Shown: one piece after another, positions 49,334-57,985 of the stretch
Numbering within the stretch: the first letter of the stretch is position 1
How the letters are laid out: every line of letters starts with the position of its first letter
Assembly: GCA_965214075.1 (NCBI GenBank)
Contig: OZ243936.1
Coordinates: 1,929,797-1,993,796, forward strand
DNA: 64,000 bases
Reading direction: 5' to 3'
Source of the DNA: Phototrophicaceae bacterium
Lineage (GTDB): Bacteria > Chloroflexota > Anaerolineae > Aggregatilineales > Phototrophicaceae
Made by a program: the position numbers and the translations under genes
Notes under the pieces: model-generated
The model's input: only the letters and a program-made list of their open reading frames with translations
Databases searched by the model: none
What the model was told of the DNA's origin: nothing

Positions 49334-50719
49334 ATGGTAACAGGACCGACCTTCGAAGAGATGCTGCACCCGCAGAAGATCGAGCCGGCGATTAGGGCGG
49401 ATGCGCTGGCGGCTTTGGAAGCGGATCCATTAAATCCGCTGAATCTCTACAACATAACCTGGCGCGACCCGAATAACGAAGTTTATCACATAGTGCTGCC
49501 CAAGGCATTGACCGGCGTCGATGCCGAGATTGTTTTGATTTACGGCGGGCGCTTTCCTTCGGGCAGCCACAAGGTCGGGGCGGCTTATTCCGTGCTGCTC
49601 GAGATGCAATTGATGGGCGAGGTGGACCCGGCTTTGCACACGCTGGTCTGGCCCTCGACCGGCAATTATGGCATTGGCGGCGCTTTTATCGGCTGTCGCA
49701 TGGAATACGACAGCATCGTGGTCTTGCCAGAGGAAATGAGCCAGGAACGTTTTGAGCGCATCACGCGCTATGGCGCGCGCATCATCCGCACAGCCGGCAG
49801 CGAGAGCAATGTCAAAGAAATTTATGACGAGGTCAAAAGACTGCGCGCCAGCGATGCCAATATCCGCATTCTCAATCAGTTCGAGGTCATGGGCAATTAT
49901 CGTTTTCATTATCACGTTACCGGCAATACCATCGTCGAGCTGGCGGATGAATTAAAGCGCCAAGGCATCGGCAAGGGGCGGATTTCGGCTTATGTTTCGG
50001 CAATGGGCAGCGCCGGCACGATTGCGGCCGGCGATCGTCTCAAGCAGGTCTGGCCCGAGCACAAGATTGTCGGGCTGGAGCCAATTCAGTGCCCCACCTT
50101 GTACAACAATGGCTATGGCGCTCATGAAATTCAAGGTATCGGCGACAAGCACGTAACCTGGATACACAATGTGCTGAATATGGATGCGCTGATGGCCATT
50201 GATGACATGGACTGTCTCGATGGTCTGCGCCTGCTGGCGGAAAAAAGCGGCCGACAAACCTTGAGGGACCGATTCGGAATCGACGAGGCTCTGGTGCAAT
50301 GCCTGGCAGAAACCTTGGGCATCAGCGGCATTTGCAATATCATCGGCGCTATCAAAACTGCCAAATTCTATAGCATGACTTCGGACGACATTGTGGTAAC
50401 AGTGGCAACGGACGCCATGGAACGATACGGCTCGGTGATGGCAAATTTGCGGGCTGAACAAGGGCCGCTGGACGCGGCTGCGGCGACGGCGATTGTCGAT
50501 GGCTGCTTCCACCGCGCCGGCAGCGACTGGGTACAAGAGGGCAGCCGCGAAGCGCGCGAACGCTGGCACAATCTAAAATACTATACTTGGGTCGAACAAC
50601 AGGGCAAAACTGTCGCAGAGCTTGATGCGCAGCGCGACCCGAATTGGTGGATTAGCCACCAGGAACGCATTGACGAGATTGACAAACGCTTGCTGGCGCA
50701 GCGCGGACGGGGGAATTAA
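49334..50719 (+). CDS. PLP-dependent enzyme of the Trp-synthase-beta/cysteine-synthase fold (PALP), long form
   Basis: PLP-lysine context FPSGSHKVGAAY, plus STGNYGIGGAF and the glycine loop SAMGSAGT. At 461 aa it has extra N- and C-terminal regions. Confidence 0.68.
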   Translation: MVTGPTFEEMLHPQKIEPAIRADALAALEADPLNPLNLYNITWRDPNNEVYHIVLPKALTGVDAEIVLIYGGRFPSGSHKVGAAYSVLLEMQLMGEVDPALHTLVWPSTGNYGIGGAFIGCRMEYDSIVVLPEEMSQERFERITRYGARIIRTAGSESNVKEIYDEVKRLRASDANIRILNQFEVMGNYRFHYHVTGNTIVELADELKRQGIGKGRISAYVSAMGSAGTIAAGDRLKQVWPEHKIVGLEPIQCPTLYNNGYGAHEIQGIGDKHVTWIHNVLNMDALMAIDDMDCLDGLRLLAEKSGRQTLRDRFGIDEALVQCLAETLGISGICNIIGAIKTAKFYSMTSDDIVVTVATDAMERYGSVMANLRAEQGPLDAAAATAIVDGCFHRAGSDWVQEGSREARERWHNLKYYTWVEQQGKTVAELDAQRDPNWWISHQERIDEIDKRLLAQRGRGN

Positions 50720-50771
50720 GCGCAAAGGCGCAAAGGTCCTAAAGAAGACAAAGAACACAAAGTACAGAAAG
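50720..50771. repeat. six phased copies of (C)AAAG with 8-9-nt period
   Basis: GCGCAAAG GCGCAAAG GTCCTAAAG AAGACAAAG AACACAAAG TACAGAAAG, read directly and starting immediately after the PALP stop codon. Confidence 0.7.
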
Positions 50772-50837
50772 CGCGCGCGGTTAATCTTGATATTGACCCT
50801 TAAGCGCAATTGGTTCATTAGAGCATCGAGAAGCGGC

Positions 50838-51281
50838 ATGTACGCGGATGACCGGGTTTTGGTCGGTGTTGTCAAACGCAAAAAAGACCTCGAAATCGCC
50901 CGACAGCGGCATTGGTATCGTATCCCGCGGCGGCGAATGCCCCAGGGCGTCGCCGCGGAATACATCTCGCTCTTCCTCAGCGCCAAGATTGTCGGGGAAG
51001 AATGTGGCGCAATCGCCGCTTTTGCGCGCATCACCGGGGTCGAGCTGGCGCGGCGGCGGGATTTGCTGCCGGAAGAAGCGACGCGCGCGGATGAGCTGTA
51101 TTACAAGGTGCAATTCCGTAATCTGATTGAAAAGGATCCGCCAATCGCCAACCAGCCCGCGCGCTCGATCAGTTTCATACGAACCACTTGGGATCGCTTC
51201 ATCAGCGCCGATGCGATACCCGATCTGTACAACGACGCCGGCTTCTATGTCGATAGGCTCTATTACGCGCTCGGCAACTGA
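50838..51281 (+). CDS. conserved-looking hypothetical protein (147 aa)
   Basis: ATG 50838 (MYADDRVLVGVVKRKKDLEIARQRHWYRIP...). The upstream part of the tracked ORF overlaps the previous gene and the AAAG array. I recognise no family. Confidence 0.5.
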   Translation: MYADDRVLVGVVKRKKDLEIARQRHWYRIPRRRMPQGVAAEYISLFLSAKIVGEECGAIAAFARITGVELARRRDLLPEEATRADELYYKVQFRNLIEKDPPIANQPARSISFIRTTWDRFISADAIPDLYNDAGFYVDRLYYALGN

Positions 51282-51459
51282 GACAGCGCATTCTCATCTA
51301 ATGTATACATTTCAATGAAATTCATATAAAGCTATATATCCACAGCCGCTCGGCGGCGGGACGATGCCCTGCAAAAGAGCGGCTGCGCAAAATCAATCAT
51401 TTGCTGTATTTGCCCTGGTTCCTCAGCGGCTGTCGCCGAGTAGAAGCGGAGAATCGAAT

Positions 51460-52812
51460 ATGCTAATCACCAATGCGCAGGTTATTACATTAGGCAAAGA
51501 CGCGACTGTGCTCGCGGATGGTGCCATATTGATTGAAGGCGATCGGATTGCGGCTGTCGGGCGCAGCCAGGAGCTGGAGCGCGACTATCCGGAGGTCGAG
51601 CGCTTGGACGCGCGCAATCAATACGTGATGCCGGGCAATATCTGCGCGCACACGCATTTTTATGGCGCGTACGCGCGCGGCATGGCCATTCCCGGCGCGC
51701 CGCCGAGCGATTTCCCGCAAATCTTGCAGCGCCTGTGGTGGCCCCTGGACAAGGCGCTTGACCGCGAGAGCCTGCGCAGCAGCGCCTTGGTCTGCCTGCT
51801 GGACGCCATCAAACACGGCACCACCAGCCTCGTCGACCACCACGCCAGTCCCAATTTCATCGCCGGCAGCTTGGATGTTATTGCCGAGGCAGTCGACCAA
51901 GCGGGATTGCGCGCGGTACTTTGTTACGAAGTAACGGACCGCGACGGCAGGGACAAGATGCAAGCGGGCATCGACGAGAATTTGCGCTTTATGAAAGCGC
52001 GCGCGCGGGATGCGCGCATACGCGGTACCTTTGGCTTGCATGCCAGTTTGACGCTTGACGAAGCCAGTTTGCGCGCTTGCGCGGCATCCGCACCGCCCGA
52101 TTGCGGCTTCCATATCCACGTCGCCGAGCACGAAGCGGACGAGCAAGACAGCCTCGAACGCAGCGGCAAACGCGTCGTCCAGCGCTTGGATGAGTACGGC
52201 ATCTGGCGCGAGAATACCATCGCCGCTCATTGTGTGCATATCGACCAAGCCGAAGGCGAGCGCCTAAGCGAGCGGGGCGTGTGGATAAGCCACCAGCCGC
52301 GCTCCAACATGAACAACGGGGTGGGCGCGGCTGACATCGACGGCTTGCTCGCGGATGGTCTCAAGCTCTGCTTGGGCAATGATGGCTTCAGCAACAATAT
52401 GTGGGCGGAATGGAAAGCTGCTTACCTGCTGCACAAAGTGGTCCAGCGCGATCCACGCGCCGCGAACGGGATGAACATCGCCAAAATGGCTTGGGAGAAT
52501 AACGCGCGCTTGGTCGAGCGATTCTTCCCCGGCCGCCAGATTGGGGAAATCAGCCCGGGCGCGACTGCCGACCTCATCTTCGTTGATTACCAGCCCTTCA
52601 CGCCTTTGACGGCCGGAAACCTGCCATGGCATTTGCTATTTGGTTTCGAGTCGTCGATGGTTACAACAACTATCTGCGCCGGCAAGCTGCTAATGCGCGA
52701 CCGAGAGATTCTGGTCCTGGACGAAGCGGAAATCGCCGCCGAGGCCCTGTCCCTGGCACCCAAGGTCTGGGAGCGCTATACGCGAAATGCCCAACTTGCA
52801 TTACAATCCTAG
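51460..52812 (+). CDS. ssnA: SsnA-type amidohydrolase (putative aminohydrolase of the selenium-linked purine cluster family)
   Basis: VMPGNICAHTHFYGAYARGMA...LWWPLDKALD...AIKHGTTSLVDHHASPNFIAGSL is colinear with E. coli SsnA as recalled. HVAEHEADE is also present. ATG 51460 has GAAGCGGAGAA upstream. Confidence 0.78.
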   Translation: MLITNAQVITLGKDATVLADGAILIEGDRIAAVGRSQELERDYPEVERLDARNQYVMPGNICAHTHFYGAYARGMAIPGAPPSDFPQILQRLWWPLDKALDRESLRSSALVCLLDAIKHGTTSLVDHHASPNFIAGSLDVIAEAVDQAGLRAVLCYEVTDRDGRDKMQAGIDENLRFMKARARDARIRGTFGLHASLTLDEASLRACAASAPPDCGFHIHVAEHEADEQDSLERSGKRVVQRLDEYGIWRENTIAAHCVHIDQAEGERLSERGVWISHQPRSNMNNGVGAADIDGLLADGLKLCLGNDGFSNNMWAEWKAAYLLHKVVQRDPRAANGMNIAKMAWENNARLVERFFPGRQIGEISPGATADLIFVDYQPFTPLTAGNLPWHLLFGFESSMVTTTICAGKLLMRDREILVLDEAEIAAEALSLAPKVWERYTRNAQLALQS

Positions 52813-52923
52813 CGCCTGCCGCATGCAGACGGCAAAATCTAGGCGGAATTTATAGGAGCAGAATTTTCCACAAACTAGGACCAAAGTGGACGGTTAAGTT
52901 TAACAAACTTGGAGAAATGCGAC

Positions 52924-53625
52924 ATGTCCGACAAGAATAACAGCCCGATGACGCTTGCTATCATTGGTGGGACTGGCAAAGAAGGTGCCGGGCTGGCGAT
53001 GCGCTGGGCGCAGAGCGGCTACCGCGTGCTTATCGGCTCGCGCGCGCCGGAAAGGGCGATTAAGCGAGCGGCTGAAATGAACGCTGAAATGAACGTTGAT
53101 ATGAACGTTGAAATGAAGCGGGACTTGCTGCGCGGGATGGGCAATGCCGCCGCGGCCGCCGTCGCCGATTTGATTGTGCTAAGCGTGCCATATTCCGCCC
53201 ACAAGCCGACATTGGAAAGTTTGCGCGCTGCCTGCCGCGGAAAAGTCGTGGTTGATCTCACCGTGCCGCTGCAGCCGCCGCAAATCATGGCGGTGAATCT
53301 GCCGGCCGGTACGGCGGCGGCTTTGGAAGCGCAGGCAATCTTGGGCGACGAAGCCACCGTGGTCGCAGCTTTTCAAAATGTCAGCGCGGTCAAACTGAAG
53401 CAATTGGATCAAGCCGTCGATTGCGATGTCTTGGTCTGCGGCGATGACGCGGCGGCCAAGGCAGCGGTCATCGCATTGGCGGAAGCGGCTGGCATGCGCG
53501 GCATTGACGCGGGTCCACTGAAGAACGCGGTGGCGGCCGAGTCGCTGACGCCCATCTTGTTGCATATCAATCGGCGCTACAAGGTCAAAGGCGCGGGAAT
53601 CCGCATCACCGGCTTGGATAGCTAA
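52924..53625 (+). CDS. npdG: NADPH-dependent F420 reductase
   Basis: Rossmann motif LAIIGGTGKEGAGLA and the C-terminal PILLHINRRY... typical of NpdG/Fno-like proteins. It contains a 16-aa repeat insert. Confidence 0.78.
   Translation: MSDKNNSPMTLAIIGGTGKEGAGLAMRWAQSGYRVLIGSRAPERAIKRAAEMNAEMNVDMNVEMKRDLLRGMGNAAAAAVADLIVLSVPYSAHKPTLESLRAACRGKVVVDLTVPLQPPQIMAVNLPAGTAAALEAQAILGDEATVVAAFQNVSAVKLKQLDQAVDCDVLVCGDDAAAKAAVIALAEAAGMRGIDAGPLKNAVAAESLTPILLHINRRYKVKGAGIRITGLDS
53071..53118. repeat. in-frame 12-nt minisatellite x4 (AEMN AEMN VDMN VEMK) inside npdG
   Basis: Units GCTGAAATGAAC x2, GTTGATATGAAC and GTTGAAATGAAG, read directly. Confidence 0.75.
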
Positions 53626-53627
53626 TC

Positions 53628-54395
53628 GTGGCGGCTTTTCCCGCTCTTTCCGCTTATGCGATTCCCGATATGCCTCTGATTCAAGCCGGCGACGACATTG
53701 CCGCCATCCTGGCGGATAAGACCAGCGCCGCGGGAATGGCTTTGCTGGACGGCGATGTCCTGGTCATTTCGTCAAAAATTGTATCCAAAGCCGAAGGCCG
53801 GCAAGTGGCTTTGGCGGCGGTGTCGGTGTCGCCATCGGCGGACGCGCTGGCTGCCAAAACTGACAAAGATCCGCGCCTGGTCGCGCTGATTTTGCAAGAG
53901 GCAGAGATGGTTTCACGGGCGCGCCGCGGCTTGCTGATAACGCAGCACCGCTTGGGCTTCGTTTCCGCGAATTCGGGATTGGATCAATCTAATATCAAAA
54001 ATGGCGACGACTGCGCCCTGCTGCTGCCTTTGGATCCCGACGCGTCAGCCGCCAAGCTGCGCACGGCCCTGCGCGCCGCGCTAGGCGTCGATGTCGCGGT
54101 GATAATCAGCGACTCGCATGGGCGGCCATTTCGCGTTGGCAATGTTGGGGTAGCGATTGGCCTAGCCGGCATCGCGGCTGTGAAGGACCTGCGCGGCAAG
54201 CGCGATCTTTATGGCAGACAGCTGGAAATTACCCAGCGGGCTTATGCGGATTTGGCGGCTTCGGCGGCGCATTTGCTCTGTGGCGAAGCGGACGAGGGTT
54301 ATCCAGCCATCGTAATTCGCGGAATTGATGTCGAGCCGCCGCATGGCGCTGCCTCCGACTTGAACCGCCGCCCGGAAAATGACGTATATCGATGA
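53628..54395 (+). CDS. cofE: coenzyme F420-0:L-glutamate ligase
   Basis: VISSKIVSKAEGR, GFVSANSGLDQSN and SDSHGRPFRVGNVGVAIG. GTG start lies 3 nt after the npdG stop. Confidence 0.85.
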   Translation: MAAFPALSAYAIPDMPLIQAGDDIAAILADKTSAAGMALLDGDVLVISSKIVSKAEGRQVALAAVSVSPSADALAAKTDKDPRLVALILQEAEMVSRARRGLLITQHRLGFVSANSGLDQSNIKNGDDCALLLPLDPDASAAKLRTALRAALGVDVAVIISDSHGRPFRVGNVGVAIGLAGIAAVKDLRGKRDLYGRQLEITQRAYADLAASAAHLLCGEADEGYPAIVIRGIDVEPPHGAASDLNRRPENDVYR

Positions 54396-54410
54396 AGCCG
54401 GAATAATGCT

Positions 54411-55022
54411 GTGGAAATCCATCCAAAAGACCTCTTAGGTTTCATGCGCGCGCGGCGTTCCTTGCGCCGCTACCAAGCGCGCGCGATTCCCCATCAGGAA
54501 CTGCGGCATTTGCTGGAAGCGGCGAATTGGGCACCATCAGCGCATAACCGTCAGCCCTGGCGCTTTGTCATCGTGAGCGAGCCAGCCAAGAAAGCGCGGC
54601 TGGCGCGGGCAATGGGGGAGAAGCTGCGCGCGGATTTGCAAGCCGACGGCGCGCCAGAATCGCTAATAAATGCAGATGTGGGGCGATCATTCGAGCGCAT
54701 AAGCAGCGCGCCGGTATTGATATTGCTCTGCATGACCCTGGCTGATATGGATGCTTATCCCGACGCGAAGCGCAGCGCGCACGAACGCACTATGGCGATC
54801 CAAAGCACAGCTATGGCGGGGCAAAATCTGCTGCTTATGGCCAGCAGCCTGGGCTTAGGCGCTTGCTGGATGTGCGCGCCGTTATTTTGCCCCGATCTTG
54901 TAGCGGCTGCGCTCGATTTGCCAGCGGATTGGCAGGCGCAAGGCATGATAACAGTCGGCTATCCCGCGCAAGCGCGGACACGCGATCGGGAACATTGGGA
55001 AACGAGAGTCCTGTGGCGCTAG
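54411..55022 (+). CDS. nitroreductase-family protein, stand-alone FbiB C-terminal-domain-like (candidate dehydro-F420-0 reductase)
   Basis: RRSLRRYQARAIP...LEAANWAPSAHNRQPWRF. It sits between cofE and cofD. Confidence 0.7.
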   Translation: MEIHPKDLLGFMRARRSLRRYQARAIPHQELRHLLEAANWAPSAHNRQPWRFVIVSEPAKKARLARAMGEKLRADLQADGAPESLINADVGRSFERISSAPVLILLCMTLADMDAYPDAKRSAHERTMAIQSTAMAGQNLLLMASSLGLGACWMCAPLFCPDLVAAALDLPADWQAQGMITVGYPAQARTRDREHWETRVLWR

Positions 55023-55957
55023 ACAAAAATATTGTCGTCCTGATAGGCGGTGTTGGCGGGGCAAAATTGGCAAGCGGTCTGGCGCAAATCGTACCAGCGC
55101 GGCGGCTGAGCTTCATTGTGAATACCGGCGATGATTTCTGGCATCTAGGTCTAAGAATCTGCCCCGACCTGGATACCGTGATGTATACGCTGGCTGGCTT
55201 GGTTAATCCGCAGATGGGCTGGGGCTTGCAGGACGACAGCTTCACCGCGCTCGAAACATTAAATAAATTTTATGGGCTGGATACATGGTTTCGGCTGGGA
55301 GATAAAGACCTGGCTACGCATCTGCGCCGCAGCCAGCTCTTGCGTGCCGGGCATTCATTGACCGCTATAAGCGAGCGCTTGTCCACGGCCTTGGGCGTCG
55401 AAGCGGCATTGCTGCCCATGTGCGATGAAGAAATGCCAACGATGATTGAGACAGTCGAATATGGCGAATTGGCATTCCAAGAATACTTTGTCAAACAGCG
55501 CTGGCAGCCCGTGCTGAAGTCAATCCGATATGTCGGCTGTGAGCGGTCCAGTCTGTCAGCCCGGGCGCGGGCGGCTTTAAGCGCAGCGGATATTGTTATA
55601 ATCGCGCCGTCGAACCCTTGGTTGTCGCTGGCGCCGATTCTGGCAGTCACGGGCATGCGCGACATTTTGAGCAGTCTCAACGTACCTATAGTAGCGGTAA
55701 CGCCACTCATAGGCGGCGCGGCAGTGAAAGGACCAACAGCCAAAATTATGTCGGAATTGGGGCTTGAAGCGACTGCGGCAACTATCGCTGACTTTTATAC
55801 TGGGATTATTAACGGTTTTGTGAATGACCTTCAAAACCAAACCATAAGGCGCGATGAGCTGCGAACGCTGCAAGTGAATACATTGATGAAAACAGAAGGC
55901 GACAAAAGATCGCTGGCGCGCGCAACGCTCGATTGGATAGAAAGTTGGGACGCATGA
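55013..55957 (+). CDS. cofD: 2-phospho-L-lactate (or EPPG) transferase
   Basis: IVVLIGGVGGAKLASGL, CPDLDTVMYTLAG and GDKDLATHL. GTG 55013 overlaps the previous stop by 10 nt. Confidence 0.85.
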   Translation: MALDKNIVVLIGGVGGAKLASGLAQIVPARRLSFIVNTGDDFWHLGLRICPDLDTVMYTLAGLVNPQMGWGLQDDSFTALETLNKFYGLDTWFRLGDKDLATHLRRSQLLRAGHSLTAISERLSTALGVEAALLPMCDEEMPTMIETVEYGELAFQEYFVKQRWQPVLKSIRYVGCERSSLSARARAALSAADIVIIAPSNPWLSLAPILAVTGMRDILSSLNVPIVAVTPLIGGAAVKGPTAKIMSELGLEATAATIADFYTGIINGFVNDLQNQTIRRDELRTLQVNTLMKTEGDKRSLARATLDWIESWDA

Positions 55958-56616
55958 GCCTCTGGGCGATTGTACCCGTCAAACCATTGAAGTACGCCAA
56001 GAGCCGGCTCTCCGCCGTCTTATCCCCCGAACAGCGCTATGAACTGGCGGGGGCGATGTTTAGTCATGTGCTTTCGGTTGTAACAAGCGTCCACAGCGTA
56101 ACTGGGGTTTTGGTCATCTCGCGCGATACCAAGGCTTTGGCGATGGCGCGCGAAATGGGCGCAAAGACGATACAAGAAAGCGCAATTTCGGACCTGAATC
56201 CGGCGCTGATGCGCGCCACGATGATCGTCAAAAGCTGGCGGTCGGACGCTGTTTTGGTCTTGCCAGCCGATTTGCCTTTTATACAAGCTGAAGATATTCA
56301 AGCGCTGATTGGCTTGGGCAAGAACCCTTCAATCGTCATCGCGACCGACCATAACAGCGATGGCACAAACGCTTTGCTGGCGAGCCCGCCAGGCTTGATT
56401 GATTATGATTATGGGCCGGGCAGTTATCAGCGGCATATCCGCAGCGCCGAACGCGCCGGTATCGAAGTCTTCACTTATCACTCCAACAATTTGGCATCGG
56501 ATATCGATGTGCCGGCCGATCTAGCGCTATACCAGCGCATGCGCGTGGCTGGCAATTACGAGCATCTGCCAGAATTGTCCTTGAATTCTAGTGGCGAAAT
56601 CGAATCGCTAGAGTGA
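55954..56616 (+). CDS. cofC: phospholactate/phosphoenolpyruvate guanylyltransferase
   Basis: WAIVPVKPLKYAKSRLS, LPADLPF and DGTNAL. ATG 55954 overlaps the cofD stop (ATGA). Confidence 0.8.
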   Translation: MSLWAIVPVKPLKYAKSRLSAVLSPEQRYELAGAMFSHVLSVVTSVHSVTGVLVISRDTKALAMAREMGAKTIQESAISDLNPALMRATMIVKSWRSDAVLVLPADLPFIQAEDIQALIGLGKNPSIVIATDHNSDGTNALLASPPGLIDYDYGPGSYQRHIRSAERAGIEVFTYHSNNLASDIDVPADLALYQRMRVAGNYEHLPELSLNSSGEIESLE

Positions 56617-56937
56617 GCCGTGCTTATAAATATGGCTGGAATTTTAGGCTTTGATCGGTCAAGGGCGCTGCCCGGCACGGCGAAAATGGCAATCGGACCG
56701 ATATGCGCAGCAATCGCGTCATAAGTGACATTCCGCCGCCAAGCGAAATATCACCGCCGGCGGTCGCCTTGACACTGAGCTTCAATGGATAAATATTGGA
56801 TAATATTTTGGACAAAATATCGATTAAAATAATGGTAAAGATAATCTGGCGCGATTGCCTTGGGTCGATATGTACATGCGCTTGATTTATGTTGATAATA
56901 TGCTAAATGCTGAACATATTTTTGGACCTGGAGTTGA

Positions 56938-57948
56938 ATGATGGCTGATCGAGTAGCGCTCTATTTACAAGACGCGCATGGCTTGCGCGACGCGATGGAA
57001 TATGTCAAATATGCCGAAGCAGCCGGCTTCGATGCGGTATGGCAGGCGGAAAGCCGACTGGTGCGAGACGCGATTGTGCCGATGGCGGCTTTTGCGGCTG
57101 TTACCTCGCGCATTAAAATTGGCTCTGGCGTCATCAATAACTGGACGCGCAACGCGGCGGTGATTGCCGCTACCTTCTTGACCCTGGATGATTTGGCGCA
57201 GGACCGCATTTATTGCGGCATTGGTGCCTGGTGGGACCCGCTGGCTGCCAAAGTGGGCATCAAGCGCTACAAGAACCTGCTGGCAATGCGCGAAGTCGTG
57301 ACGGTTGTTCGGCGCTTGCTGAACCGCGAGCGCGTCAGCTTCCAGGGCGAGTTTGTGCAGTTGACGGATGTCGAGCTGGATGTTGTGCATGGGCGCAAGG
57401 AGCCGCGCAATGTGCCCATCTATGTTGGTGCGACCGGACCAAAAATGATGGCGCTCACTGGCGAAATCGCCGATGGCGTGGTTCTAAATTATCTCGTTTC
57501 GCCCAAGTACAACGACTCGGCGATGGCGCAGTTGGAGATCGGCGCGCGCAAAGCGGGCAAAAGCGTTTACGATGTCGATCGCCCGCAGCTGGTCGTCTGC
57601 TCGGTGGATAATGATCGCCAGAAAGCGCTGGACGCGGCGCGCAAATTGGTAACGCAATACCTGGGTCAGCAGCCGCATATCATGAAAGCCAGCGGCGTCA
57701 GCCAAGATTTGCTGGATGAAATCGGTCAGGTCTTGACCTGGCCCGCCACCGAAGAACAGATTCTGGAAGCCATGAAATTGGTGCCGGATGATGTCGTGCA
57801 AATGATTACGGCATCGGGTACGCCGGCGGAAGTCAAAGCCAAAGTGCGCGAGTACATTTCCGCCGGCGCGACCTGTCCCATTCTTTACCCCTTGGGCGAG
57901 GACGTGCGCCTGATGATTGATACCTTCGCCAGCGGCTATTCCGACTAG
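56938..57948 (+). CDS. F420-dependent LLM-class (luciferase-like) oxidoreductase
   Basis: TIM-barrel LLM layout: [20 protein letters not shown]..., [35 protein letters not shown]. It is adjacent to the F420 genes. Confidence 0.75.
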   Translation: MMADRVALYLQDAHGLRDAMEYVKYAEAAGFDAVWQAESRLVRDAIVPMAAFAAVTSRIKIGSGVINNWTRNAAVIAATFLTLDDLAQDRIYCGIGAWWDPLAAKVGIKRYKNLLAMREVVTVVRRLLNRERVSFQGEFVQLTDVELDVVHGRKEPRNVPIYVGATGPKMMALTGEIADGVVLNYLVSPKYNDSAMAQLEIGARKAGKSVYDVDRPQLVVCSVDNDRQKALDAARKLVTQYLGQQPHIMKASGVSQDLLDEIGQVLTWPATEEQILEAMKLVPDDVVQMITASGTPAEVKAKVREYISAGATCPILYPLGEDVRLMIDTFASGYSD

Positions 57949-57985
57949 GTGACGGGCGCGTCGGATAAAAGGCGGCGACCCAGGT

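Noticed and set aside
50622-50837. N-terminal 72 codons of the tracked ORF 50622-51281.
   Set aside because: This part overlaps the 3' end of the PALP gene and then reads through the phased AAAG array as a Lys-rich tract. The internal ATG 50838 gives a sensible globular N-terminus.
56624-56815. 63-aa minus-strand ORF in the cofC/LLM spacer.
   Set aside because: It has no RBS and a low-complexity translation, and it lies in a region better explained as terminator and promoter DNA.
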